DNA of 64,000 nt from Mustelus asterias (GCF_964213995.1 NC_135830.1:930001-994000); one strand, 5' to 3'; counted from the first letter of the stretch, positions 12,040-23,671 are shown. Notes: a model not told the origin generated them from the sequence alone. Program-made: numbers and translations.

Positions 12040-13290
12040 AGGAATTTCGGAGCAGGAGTAGGTAATTCGTTCCCCTCGATACATCTCTGCATTTTAACTA
12101 GTTCATGCCTGATCATCTACCTCAGAGTCATTCATCCATGTTATCCAACCATGCAAGTATTGTTACCATCCAGAAATATTCTGATCTCTTCCTTAAAGAT
12201 AGTCAATGCCTCAAGACCAAAAGCCTTTTGCAACAGGGAATTCCAAACATTTGCCACCCTCTGAGTGAATAAGTCTTCCTTCTCAAAGTCCTAAATGGCG
12301 TACCCCGATTCTGCAACTGTTTCCTCGAGTTCTAAACACTGCGCTACGGGAAGCATGCTACTTGGATCCACCTTTTTAATGTTTCATTGAGATTGCCCCT
12401 GATTCTTCTAACCTCCAGAGAATACTTACATCAATATTGCCCTCATCCTCTACTCATAGGAAAATTCAGCCTACAGAGGAATTGGTTCACTAAATCTTTA
12501 TTGCACTCCGTCTGTAGTAACATGTATTTCTTCAGCTAATGTGGCAAAACTGTATGCAATACTTCATCACTAATGTTGGATACAGCCGCAGAAAGTATCT
12601 TCAAACATGTACACAAAACCGGTTCAATAAGGGCCAACATATCATTTGTCTTGCTCCTTGCATGATACATCTGAATGTTATTTTTCATTAATATATGGTA
12701 AAAGATAACCTAGTCCATTTGGAAGTAAACATCTCGGCATTTAAATTTGTAGTACGCATTTGTTTATATTTCTATAATAACTAGGTGAATTTATCATATT
12801 TTTCACACATTATTCAATCTGCTCTGTTGGTTCCCTCTCATTTTGCATGCCGAACCCCCTGGACAACTCTTTGTAGCTTGGAAAACTTCAGCACACCTAG
12901 TTTTCTGCCAAAAAGCTCAAAATATTCAATTCTGTCCTCACATCCAGACCATTGATACAGAGTGTGAAACGCTGGGGCTTGAATCTTAATCCGTGCCCAA
13001 CTGCAATAGTCACAGCCTGCCATCTTGGGAATGAGTTGTTTACTCCTACCTTCTGCTTTATCTCTGCCAAGCAAAACCAATTCCATGCCAGAATATTACC
13101 AACAAACCCACTATAATTGTGTTTTATCACGTCTTATCTGGGACCATAGCAAAATCCTTGCGAAAAATAAAAGTACTACATACACTGGCTCACCCACCTT
13201 GAGTCCATTTGCTGCATCATCAGAGCATTGCAATAGTTTTTTTGGAGCATGATTTTCCTTTCATTAATCCATGTGGACTCTTCCAAACCC
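12040..13290 (-). mobile_element. Old decayed CR1/L2-type LINE fragment
   Basis: ttgccaccctctgagtgaa, gcatgattttcctttcattaatccatg and other degenerate RT-region motifs; related to 48765-50160. Confidence 0.6.
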
Positions 13291-15869
13291 AGAATTATTT
13301 TCTAATTTTCAGATATCACATATTTTGTAGTCGCGATGTTCACCACGATTTCTGTCAGGCTAATGATGGCCGTGGGTGGTCGAAGAGATCAACCTCAGAA
13401 AAACACTTATTAACATTAGTTCAATTAGATGATATCTGGAGTAAAGGTAATGATCGACAATCAACAACTTGATTGCCTTAATGGTGTCTTCCATTTCCTC
13501 TGTGGCTGTACATACGTCGAAATTTAAGGAACCCAATCATACGCTTTCCAAACATTCCTCTATCTGTATTTTACAAATCACAATACGTAGTCCTGTATCA
13601 ATCCATAGCTCGACATATTTTACCCCTCTCCCCACCTACCACCACCAATCCCAGAGCTAAGTCTCAATAACAAAGTAGTTGAAACATCACCCCTTCATTA
13701 ATCCTTAACGCGGCATATTCTACCCCCAATCCCATAGTTCAGAATCAATAGCAAAGCAGTTCAAACATCACAAATTTATCCTATACTCCAGCAGTATTGC
13801 CACACTCACGTTGCAGTCCAACTCTCTTCTTGTGACCCTGATTCAATCAGAAAACTACCACATAAATTTCCTCCTGTTCCAACTGTTGTTCCAAATAATA
13901 ACTAAACTCAATCTCCTGGTCTGGAGTTTCATGTACTTCATGTAAACAGAACAGCTAATGTGATTGCAAAATAAATTCTTCATTTCATGCAATTTGGATC
14001 AAGGTGTTGATCACCAACTTGAGATTTATTCTTCATGCACAGAAACCATATGCCTTGCAAAGGAGGAAGGCTGGAATACCACAAACGTTGGGCCTTAATG
14101 ACCACGGAAAATCAGCGAAATATTGAGCAAACCTCATATTTAGAAATCATAGAAATCCTACAGTGCAGAAAGAGGCCAGAAAAAGATCAAATGTTATTTT
14201 TTTAAAAATAAACTCAACAAATGATTTCAAGTAATGGAAAGACTCACACCAAGGATGTAAAATACGTTTTCTGACACGTTCAATGAAAGATTGGAGCTGG
14301 TTCTTGCAACCATGATGTGGAAACAAATGATACTGATGCTCAGTGATATTCGTCGGAACTCACTGCCGGCAATGTATTCCCAAGAGAATGAGGAAATAAC
14401 GGGTCACATATTCACACTCAGGGCGAAAGAAATCTTAAAACATTTGAATTGTGTTACACTCTCTAATATGCTAATGATGGTATTAGATAATCAACAATAT
14501 TGATCATAAATTGACTTTTATTTTCTTTGGTTTGTGATTTATTTTCTCAGGACAGAGAACAGCGCCAGAATGACCTGTGACGGCATCGATGTCTCCATGG
14601 TTACCTGTCTGTACACAAAAGAATAACACTCAGGAAACGGATACCCGCACAAGCAGCATCAACACTCACACACTGCGTCTGGGTCCTTGCTGTGACTTCG
14701 CAGCGGCAGCTTTTTCTTGTGGATGTGGGGAAAGGAAAGTGCTGAGATTGAAAGTCAGGCGAATAGTTTCGAAGCTGATTTTTTTTCTATGTTTTATTAC
14801 TCTTTCAATTATCTTGGTTTAGGGCCATTGTTTCCTGGTCGTGAAGTAACGCTCATAAATTTGCCTTGATGGACCGTTCCCGCAGGGGAATAGGAGAATC
14901 ATCCAGTGTCATTGTCTGTCATCAACTTCAGGCATTTAACTCAAAGGACTGTGAGATTATAGTGAGGGACGTGAGCTGGAACTGATAGTAACAATATGTG
15001 ATGACAAGTTTTACCTTCCGGGAATTTAAAGTACATGTTGAGTAATCGCTTACACATTCACTTTCAAGGATGAAAAGAAAAAGATGCAAACAAAAGCAAT
15101 GAAGTTGAATGTCGGTGGAAGAGAAAGATTTGATGTGATGAACGAAATCCACCAAATACAGAAAGAGGTGGACAAACCAGAGGTGAGATGTCTTGTTTTA
15201 TTTGAGACAGAAAGGTGCACACGTGGCCGAGGCAAAGGGACACCGCGTGCTTGCTGCAAATCTCTGGCGCGCCACCCTGTGGCCAGCCGAGTAAATAGAA
15301 AATATATTGCAGCGCCCTGACTTAATGGACAAGGTCCTGTGCGAGGGAGGACGCTCAGCAAATTACTGTGGTTGGTCCTGGAGATTGAAAAGTGGTAGAG
15401 AAGGATTAGGAAATTGGGCAGATTGTGACAATTACAGACCAAGATGGGAAATGCTGATCACATTCATTATCGAATGGAGAAAAGTATATTCGGACAGGTT
15501 CTGAAAGCCAGCAGACAGGAGCCATAAAATGTAGATAATCTTGAACACAAGTCAATGAATTATGGGGAACTGGTGGTCATGGGGTAGGTTATACAAACAA
15601 AAGTGGTTAGAAAGCTAAATTAAACGTTTACCTTCCACTGAAGGCGGCTGCTATATTGAGGAAGTAAGGTTTCACTGTTCAGAGTGTTGCACAGCCGGAA
15701 TTGGAGTGCATTCATTTCTGATCAGCCTACGTCTCTGCTTGCAGATTTGCCATTCAGACTTAACGAAACAAAATCAACAGAGCTTAAAGAGTTGAATAAT
15801 GAGAAACCTATACATTGTTTCACTATATTTCGAGGGTTCAAATTGTAAAATTCAAATCATTATATTCTC

Positions 15870-16195
15870 GCTTCAATGCAGAAGGCGACCACTAGAGCCA
15901 TCGAGTATGCACCAAATCTGTGACAGAATAAATTTCCCAGGCCCAACACCCCACACTATCCATGTAACCCCACAGATTTTCCATGGCTAATACATCTATT
16001 CTTCCCCTCCTTGGGGAAATAAGGGACAACTTAAATGCCAATCCACAGAACATATCCATCTTTGGAGTGTGAGAGGAAAGCAGAGCACCCAGATGAAACC
16101 CATGACGATACGGGGAGAACGATCAAACTCCACCCAGTCACCCGAGGTCGGAACTGAGTCCGGGTCCTGGGAAATGTACGACAGCAGTGCGAACT
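15870..16195 (-). mobile_element. Decayed HE1-like SINE
   Basis: catctttggagtgtgagaggaaag...aaactccac...cagcagtgc. Confidence 0.7.
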
Positions 16196-17569
16196 AGTTA
16201 AAATATCAAATACAGTGGATATGTTGAGCCTATTTTCTCGGCCTGGATAAATTCACGACAAGGTAGCACAATCATACATTTGTACTATTCGGGCGTGCAC
16301 GTGGAAGGAACTACTTCACAACTATGTTCATGGACGACTAGATCACACAGTCGCACTCTCTCTCTCCCCCACTTTCTCTTCCTTCATCTTTCTCCGACTG
16401 CACAAGACAGATTACAGGGTGGAATTCGGCTTGATAGCTCCTGAATTTCATTGCTTGTTTGGATACATGCCAGAAGGCTACTCAACAGTCATGGAGATTG
16501 ATTTTAGCAAAATAATAAAACCTTTGTTAAACTAGGAAAGATGCACCAGAATATACCACCTCTTCATCCCAATGATACTTTCAGTTATATACAGATCTGT
16601 AAGGCAAGCACAATTTACAGATTCATTCTTCAACATGAATTTTCGTTATAATTTAACAGCCCGTGTAAATCAATAGTCAGAGACATTCATCCTGTGAAAC
16701 CACGTGGTAGATGCCACTCAATTCTACCTCTGTGGTTTGTTCATCAATTCCCCAAGACGCCTGTCATACTCTAAAACTAGCTGACCTTGCTGAAGCTACG
16801 TCCTTCACACGCGAGTTTCCGGTCTCCACTCTCGAAAACCTCGGAATCTTCTCCCGAACGAAATTTTCCCTCTGATGTGGTCACTAAGATTATTCCCTCA
16901 GGGTTGTATCATTTCCGACTGAGGTTCCTTCCCTGCGGATGGCCACGTTCATTTACGTTCCACAATCTGTCAGGTACCCAGACGGACCAAAGGAACTCCA
17001 ATACTCCGGAAGACAAAAATAATATTTCTCCCACCTTTCCGTGCACTTGACATTCTGTGATCTCGCAAAAGCAAAGTTCTTGCACTCCTGCTTCCTACAG
17101 CTTAGAATTTTTTGGAGTATTCTGCTGCTCCTCACACTTAACCACATGGAACATGACCTGTTTCCGATTCCTGTTGATGTTGATCCATTGAAAGGTCTTC
17201 TTGGAACTTTATATTGCCCGCCTGGTTTTGGGACCTTTCTGTGAATCAGTTTGGGACTGTTCTCTGCAGTCTCTCTTCATATCTTTTCCAGCAGACTATG
17301 TGAATAGCTGCTTGATTATAGGCCACTTTCTTTCAACTAAGTTAAAACTACTTTCTGTTTCCTTTGAGAATCAATGTTATTATACATAAGCTAGCTTTAA
17401 ACTCTTTTTTTAAATCCAAATTTGTAGAAGCTCACTAACAATGCAGGCATTTTGTAAAAAAAACGAACCTAAACTTTAGTTTCCTGAAGAATTAACTGCA
17501 GTAATATCAATTACGCTTAAACTGAAAGACACAACTAATGCAAAAAAAAACACATATCCTAACCTAATA

Positions 17570-17880
17570 GGGTCGACACGGTGCCACAGTGATTAGCGCT
17601 GCTGCCTCACACCTCCGGGGACCTGGGTTTGTATCCCGGCTTGTCTCACGGTCTGTGTGGAGACTGCACATTCCCCCCTCCCCCTCCCCCTGTCTGCGTT
17701 CGTTCCATCCGGGTGCTCCGGTTTCCTCTCACAGTCCAAAAATGTGCAGACTCGGTGGATTGGCCATGTGAAATTCTCCCTCAGTGGACCCGAACCCGGA
17801 ATAAGACGACTAGAAGATTTTCACAGTAAACTTCATTGCAGTGTTGATGTAAGCCTACTTATAAAACTAAATAAACTTTT
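17570..17880 (+). mobile_element. SINE variant (alternative tail)
   Basis: cacagtgattagcgctgctgcctcac head; tail ttttcacagtaaacttcattgcagtgttgatgtaagcctact. Confidence 0.75.
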
Positions 17881-18050
17881 AAAAATACTTTAATTTCATT
17901 AAAACTATCTGTGTTTGCTCACAACTTGAAAATAAAATCTCACTGTGAAGGCGAGATAATAATTTGCTTAGCTTACCAAGGCATTAAAATCTCAGGTGTG
18001 TAAATACAGACGAAATATAAAGCAGACATGATCTGTATTGAATCGCATAA

Positions 18051-18351
18051 CCCTGTATTCCTTTATCAGTGACCTAGCAGACTTGGTCGCGAGGTGGCCC
18101 CAAATGCTGTAATATATAAATAAACATCTTGGTTTAAGCACATCAAGAACAAGAGGTCACAAATACAATTTTGGCGACAAACAACCTATCATCCCTTCTC
18201 TTGGTCCTTTAGTTTATTTGATTTAGTTTCGTTCTTCATCGCAATGCCACCTATCATGATTCTGTTTCAGGATAACAGCAAAATACATTCTCCTGAATTC
18301 AGTTTCTGTGATGCTATGTTTTGCGTGAATCCTTCCATTTTAAACTGGTGC
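18051..18351 (+). repeat. Diverged ~300-bp duplicated unit, copy 1
   Basis: Aligns by eye with 23386-23671 (ccctgtatt, ttggtcgc, atgctgtaatatataaa, gcacatcaa-aacaagag, tttctgtgatg, aaactggtgc). Confidence 0.8.
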
Positions 18352-18359
18352 TTTTAGCT

Positions 18360-18505
18360 AGTAAGGAGTTTAACAACACCAGGTTAAAGTCCAACAGGTT
18401 TATTTGGTAGCAAAAGCCACACAAGCTTTCGGAGCCCCAAGCCCCTTCTTCAGGTGAGTCGCCTGAAGAAGGGGCTTAGGGCTCCGAAAGCTTGTGTGGC
18501 TTTTG
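18360..18505. mobile_element. Penelope pLTR-derived fold-back with two head-to-head hammerhead motifs
   Basis: Matches the pLTR at 10689-10787, then inverts. Arms 18411-18457 and 18459-18505 are near-perfect reverse complements. Hammerhead motifs at 18420-18456 (-) and 18460-18496 (+). Confidence 0.8.
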
Positions 18506-18645
18506 TGAGGGAGTGCTGCTCGGGCTGCAGTAGAGTGTGACAGTTGCTGTCTCAGTGAGGGAGTGCTGCTCGGGCTGCAGTAGAGTGTGACAGTTGGTGT
18601 CTCAGTGAGGGAGTGTTGCTCGGGCTGCAGTGGAGAGTGACAGTT
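18506..18645 (+). repeat. 50-bp tandem repeat (~2.8 copies) in the CR1 5' UTR
   Basis: Unit tgagggagtgctgctcgggctgcagtagagtgtgacagttgctgtctcag starts at 18506, 18556 and 18606. Confidence 0.9.
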
Positions 18646-18691
18646 GGGGAAGTGTGGGGAAGTTTTTTGTTTTCTTTTTTTCTTGCTGGTA

Positions 18692-19621
18692 ATGGCTTCA
18701 GGGATGGCAGTTCAGGCAGTATGCTGCATCTCCTGTGGGATGTATGTGGTGAGGAAATCCAGTAGTGTTTCAGGAGATTTTAGTTGTAAGAAGTACATTA
18801 GATTGCAGCTTCTGGAGGAGCGTGTAAAGGAGCTGGAGGGGGAGGTAGAGGAACTCCGCATAATTCGGGAGGCGGAGGTGGAAGTTGATAGGAGTTATAG
18901 AGAAATAGTAACTCCTAGAAATGAGGCTTGGGTCAATGCCAGGAGGAGGGGTAAGAAGCAATCGGGAAGACAATCCCCTGGGGCGGTTCCCCTCCATAAT
19001 AGTTTTTCGGTGCTGGAGGCTACAGTTGAGGAGGAATCAACTGAGCATAGAGAGCAGATCTCTGGGGGTGAGCCGAGTGAGAAAGCTCAGGTGGTTAGGG
19101 GCTGTAAAAGACTGGGCCTTGTGATTGGGGACTCCACAATTAAGGGGACAGATAGGAGGGTCGGAACTAAAGGTAGGGACTCAGGGTTGGTGTGTTGCCT
19201 ACCAGGGGCTGGGGTCCGGGATGTGTCTGACAGGGTATTCAGGACTCTTAGGGGGGAGGGAGATAAACCACAAGTTATTGTACATGTGGGGACACACGAC
19301 ATAGGGAGGATAGGGGAAGGGGAGATTAGGCAGGGATTTATGGAGTTGGGGTGGAAACTAAAGGCCAAGACTGACAGAGTGGTTATCTCTGGACTCTTGC
19401 CTGTACCACGGGATAGTTTAGAGAGTAATAGGGAGAGGGAAGGTTTGAATTCATGGCTGAGGGGATGGTGCAGGAGGGAGGGGTTCAGGTACTTAAGCAA
19501 TTGGGGCTCGTACTGGGGAAGGTGTGACCTCTATGAGAAGGATGGTCTACACCTTAATCAGAAGGGGACCAATATCCTGGGGGGTAAATTTGCTAAGGCC
19601 ATGCAGGGAGGTTTAAACTGA
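18692..19621 (+). CDS. CR1 ORF1p (Zn-finger, coiled coil, SGNH esterase)
   Basis: CISC...CKKY, LQLLEERVKELEGEVEEL coiled coil, and SGNH blocks VIGDS / PGA / HVGTHD / DGLHLN. Confidence 0.9.
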   Translation: MASGMAVQAVCCISCGMYVVRKSSSVSGDFSCKKYIRLQLLEERVKELEGEVEELRIIREAEVEVDRSYREIVTPRNEAWVNARRRGKKQSGRQSPGAVPLHNSFSVLEATVEEESTEHREQISGGEPSEKAQVVRGCKRLGLVIGDSTIKGTDRRVGTKGRDSGLVCCLPGAGVRDVSDRVFRTLRGEGDKPQVIVHVGTHDIGRIGEGEIRQGFMELGWKLKAKTDRVVISGLLPVPRDSLESNREREGLNSWLRGWCRREGFRYLSNWGSYWGRCDLYEKDGLHLNQKGTNILGGKFAKAMQGGLN

Positions 19622-19671
19622 TTCGGGGGGGGGGAGGGATCCTGAGTAGTGGGGCTGAAAGTGAGGGATGC

Positions 19672-22491
19672 ATGGATGGGGACTGCAATGCACGGCATTG
19701 CAGAGGTGGGGTGGAGCAGGGTTTGAAATGTGTATACTTCAATGCCAGGAGTATTCGCAATAAAGTGGGTGAACTTGCAGCGTGGATCAGTACCTGGGAC
19801 TTCGATGTTGTGGCTATTTCAGAGACATGGATAGAGCAGGGGCAGGAATGGATGCTGCAGGTCCCGGGGTTCAAATGTTTTAGTCGAAGTAGGGAAGGAG
19901 GTAGAAGAGGGGGAGGGGTAGCATTATTGGTCAGAGATTGTATCACAGTGTCAGAGAGGAGGTTTGATGAGGACTTATCTGTTGAGGTAGTATGGGCGGA
20001 GATTAGAAATAGGAGAGGAGAGGTCACCCTGTTGGGAGTCTTTTATAGACCTCCTAAAAGTTCTAGAGAGGTTGAGGAAAGGATTGCGGAGTCAATCCTG
20101 CTTAGGAGTGAAAGTAATAGGGCAATTGTTATGGGGGATTTTAACTTGACTAATATTGACTGGAATTGTTATAGCTCTAGCTCGTTAGAGGGGTCAGTTT
20201 TTGTTCAAAGCGTGCAGGAAGGTTTTTTGACTCAGTATGTAGACAGGCCAACTAGAGGTGAGGCTATATTGGATCTGGTGCTGGGAAATGAGCCAGACCA
20301 GGTGCTAGACTTGGAAGTTGGTGTGCATTTTGGTGATAGTGACCACAATTCGGTTACGTTCACCTTAGTGATGGAAAGGGATAGGCATGAACCTCGGGCC
20401 AGTGGTTTTAGCTGGGGGAAGGGTAATTATGAGGCTATTAGGAGAGAATTAGGAAACATAGGTTGGACTAGGAGATTACAGGGACTGGGAACGTCCGACA
20501 TGTGGAGTTTTTGCAAGGAGCAGCTACTGCGAGTCTGTGATAGGTATGTCCCTGTCAGGCAAGGAGGAATTGGTAGGGCTAGGGAACCGTGGTGCACCAA
20601 AAAAGTTTCTTTGTTGGTTAAAAAGAAAAAGGAGGCTTATGTTCGGATGAGACGTGAGCACTCGGGTAGTGCACTAGAAAGCTTTAGATTGGCTAAGAGG
20701 GAGTTGAAGAGCGAGCTTAGAAGGGCTAAAAGGGGACATGAGAAGACTTTGGCGGATAGGGTTAAAGAGAATCCTAAGGCGTTCTATAGGTATGTCAAGA
20801 ACAGAAGGTTGGTTAGGGCAAGTTTAGGGCCAGTTATAGATGGCAGAGGGAAGTTATGTGTGGAACCGGAGGAGATTGGTGAAGCATTGAACCAATATTT
20901 CTCTTCGGTGTTCACGCAAGGGGACATGAATATAGCTGAGGAGGACACTGGGTTGCAAGGGAGTAGAATAGACAGTATTACAGTTGATAAGGAGGATGTG
21001 CAGGATATTCTGGAGGGTCTGAAAATAGATAAATCCCCTGGTCCGGATGGGATTTATCCAAGGATTCTCTGGGAGGCAAGAGAAGTGATTGCAGAGCCTC
21101 TGGCTCTGATCTTCAGGTCGTCGTTGGCCTCTGGTATAGTACCAGAAGATTGGAGGTTAGCGAATGTTGTCCCATTGTTTAAGAAGGGGAACAGAGACTT
21201 CCCCGGGAATTATAGACCGGTGAGTCTCACTTCTGTTGTCGGCAAGATGTTGGAAAAAATTATAAGGGATAGGATTTATAGTTATTTGGAGAGTAATGAA
21301 TTGATAGGTGATAGTCAGCATGGTTTTGTGGCAGGTAGGTCGTGCCTTACTAACCTTATTGAGTTTTTTGAGAAAGTGACCAAGGAGGTGGATGGGGGCA
21401 AGGCAGTGGACGTGGTATATATGGATTTTAGTAAGGCGTTTGATAAGGTTCACCATGGTAGGCTTCTGCAGAAAATGCAGATGTATGGGATTGGGGGTGA
21501 TCTAGGAAATTGGATCAGGAATTGGCTAGCGGATAGGAAACAGAGGGTGGTGGTTGATAGTAAATATTCATCATGGAGTGCGGTTACAAGTGGTGTACCT
21601 CAGGGATCTGTTTTGGGGCCACTGCTGTTTGTAATATTTATTAATGATCTGGATGAGGGTATAGTTGGGTGGATTAGCAAATTTGCTGATGACACCAAAG
21701 TCGGTGGTGTGGTAGACAGTGAGGAAGGGTGTCGTAGTCTGCAGGAAGACTTAGACAGGTTGCAAAGTTGGGCCGAGAGGTGGCGGATGGAGTTTAATGC
21801 GGAGAAGTGTGAGGTAATTCACTTTGGTAGGAATAACAGATGTGTTGAGTATAGGGCTAACGGGAGGACTTTGAATAGTGTGGAGGAGCAGAGGGATCTA
21901 GGTGTATGTGTGCATAGATCCCTGAAAGTTGGGAATCAAGTAGATAAGGTTGTTAAGAAGGCATATGGTGTCTTGGCGTTTATTGGTAGGGGGATTGAAT
22001 TTAGGAGTCGTAGCGTTATGTTGCAACTGTACACAACTCTGGTGCGGCCGCACTTGGAGTACTGTGTGCAGTTCTGGTCCCCACATTACAGGAAGGATGT
22101 GGAGGCTTTGGAGAGGGTGCAGAGGAGGTTTACCAGGATGTTGCCTGGTATGGAGGGGAGATCCTATGAGGAGAGGCTGAGGGATTTGGGATTGTTTTCG
22201 CTGGAAAGGCGGCGGCTAAGAGGGGATCTTATTGAAACATATAAGATGATTAGAGGTTTAGATAGGGTGGATAGTGATAGCCTTTTTCCTCTGATGGAGA
22301 AATCCAGCACGAGGGGGCATGGCTTTAAATTGAGGGGGGGTAGTTATAGAACCGATGTCAGGGGTAGGTTCTTTACCCAGAGGGTGGTGAGGGATTGGAA
22401 TGCCCTGCCAGCATCAGTAGTAAATGCGCCTAGTTTGGGGGCGTTTAAGAGATCCGTAGATAGGTTCATGGACGAAAAGAAATTGGTTTAG
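19672..22491 (+). CDS. CR1 ORF2p (APE endonuclease + reverse transcriptase), uninterrupted 939 aa
   Basis: YFNARS, ISETW, GDFN, SDHN (APE); [36 protein letters not shown] (RT); LVRPHLEYC C-terminal region. Confidence 0.95.
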   Translation: MDGDCNARHCRGGVEQGLKCVYFNARSIRNKVGELAAWISTWDFDVVAISETWIEQGQEWMLQVPGFKCFSRSREGGRRGGGVALLVRDCITVSERRFDEDLSVEVVWAEIRNRRGEVTLLGVFYRPPKSSREVEERIAESILLRSESNRAIVMGDFNLTNIDWNCYSSSSLEGSVFVQSVQEGFLTQYVDRPTRGEAILDLVLGNEPDQVLDLEVGVHFGDSDHNSVTFTLVMERDRHEPRASGFSWGKGNYEAIRRELGNIGWTRRLQGLGTSDMWSFCKEQLLRVCDRYVPVRQGGIGRAREPWCTKKVSLLVKKKKEAYVRMRREHSGSALESFRLAKRELKSELRRAKRGHEKTLADRVKENPKAFYRYVKNRRLVRASLGPVIDGRGKLCVEPEEIGEALNQYFSSVFTQGDMNIAEEDTGLQGSRIDSITVDKEDVQDILEGLKIDKSPGPDGIYPRILWEAREVIAEPLALIFRSSLASGIVPEDWRLANVVPLFKKGNRDFPGNYRPVSLTSVVGKMLEKIIRDRIYSYLESNELIGDSQHGFVAGRSCLTNLIEFFEKVTKEVDGGKAVDVVYMDFSKAFDKVHHGRLLQKMQMYGIGGDLGNWIRNWLADRKQRVVVDSKYSSWSAVTSGVPQGSVLGPLLFVIFINDLDEGIVGWISKFADDTKVGGVVDSEEGCRSLQEDLDRLQSWAERWRMEFNAEKCEVIHFGRNNRCVEYRANGRTLNSVEEQRDLGVCVHRSLKVGNQVDKVVKKAYGVLAFIGRGIEFRSRSVMLQLYTTLVRPHLEYCVQFWSPHYRKDVEALERVQRRFTRMLPGMEGRSYEERLRDLGLFSLERRRLRGDLIETYKMIRGLDRVDSDSLFPLMEKSSTRGHGFKLRGGSYRTDVRGRFFTQRVVRDWNALPASVVNAPSLGAFKRSVDRFMDEKKLV

Positions 22492-23117
22492 GTTGGAGGG
22501 TCACAGTTTTTTTTTAACTGGTCGGTGCAACATCGTGGGCCGAAGGGCCTGTTCTGCGCTGTAATGTTCTATGTTCTATGTTCTATGTTCTAACTTTTGC
22601 GCCGTTTATTCCTTTACAACTGGACTTCGAATTCATGACCTTCAAATGTTCAAGTTAAAACCCTTTTTGCTTTCAGGAACTTTATTAACTTCATAAGATG
22701 TGAACAAATGGCTGTTTCTTTTAACAAACTTCAAAATTCAACTTTACAGTGCACATGAATCCAGTCATTTTCAACTACGCAGCGTTTGTGTCAACATAGC
22801 ACACAAACTCTTCGTTCTTTGTTCTTTAGTTCTCAAAAAGTATGAGCACTGTTTGCTGTAAATTGCATTGAAACATCATTTGGATTAGTTGGAGTGGCAT
22901 TTGACTCTTGGTTGAATTTACACGAGCAAAACGAAAGAAGCTCCAAGCAAGTTACTTTTTTGGGAGTTTTCCTTTTGCCTTGGATTCGGCGTGGCATGGT
23001 TCTTGGTTTGTGGAAAGACTGCCGAAATGCTCTTGTGTCTATTTAATACTTGATTATTAATGCCAATTCAAAACTGTTTTCAGAGTGGCCAAATATATCT
23101 CAGCCATTTTTCCAACC

Positions 23118-23292
23118 TCTCCCTCTCTCTCCTCTTTCTCTCTCTCTCTCTCTCCCTCTCCCAGTCTCTCTCTCTGTGTCTCCCTGTCCCTCCCTGTCGC
23201 TGTCTGTCTTTATCTATGTCCCAGTCTCTGTGTCACTTTCTGTCTCCCTGTCTGTGCTGTCTCATTGCCTCTGTCTGTCTCTTTCTGTCTCC
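23118..23292. repeat. (CT)n/(CTGT)n low-complexity microsatellite
   Basis: ctctctctct...ctgtctgtct tract. Confidence 0.9.
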
Positions 23293-23385
23293 GACTTGAC
23301 AAGATAAATTCAAAGTTGGAAGCTTGCTTGATACACCCTCATTGAATGAAGAAAAGGCTGTGGGATCTGAGTGACCTTTTCATCT

Positions 23386-23671
23386 CCCTGTATTGCTACA
23401 TCACTGAAGTAGCAGTAATTGGTCGCCGGGGAGCCCATAATGCTGTAATATATAAAGTAGCATCTTAATACATGCACATCAAAAACAAGAGTTCATAAAT
23501 AGTGCTCCGGTGATACACATCATCCATTCTATTGGCTCATCCGTTTTTGTTCTATTTTCTAAATTCCATGCATCAAGATTGTGTTGCAGGGTAATAACTA
23601 AAGACATTCTTTTGGATTCAATTTCTGTGATGTTGTGTTGCTACTTCATCCCTTTAATTTGAAACTGGTGC
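23386..23671 (+). repeat. Diverged ~300-bp duplicated unit, copy 2
   Basis: Same colinear blocks as copy 1 at 18051-18351. Confidence 0.8.

Larger units (their letters stand above)
18506..22592 (+). mobile_element. Full-length CR1-clade LINE (HER1-like), both ORFs open
   Basis: 5' tandem repeats, ORF1, ORF2 (APE endonuclease + RT), 3' stem region gggccgaagggcctgttct and (TTCTATG)n tail. Confidence 0.95.

Noticed and set aside
14538-14598. Minus-strand leader-like peptide METSMPSQVILALFSVLRK*
   Set aside because: Ends in a stop with no phase-1 donor, and no V exon or RSS follows it.
18506-18645. CRISPR-like array
   Set aside because: Contiguous 50-bp tandem units with no unique spacers, in a vertebrate LINE 5' UTR.
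23050-23345. Ser/Leu-rich ORFs
   Set aside because: Translations of a CT microsatellite.
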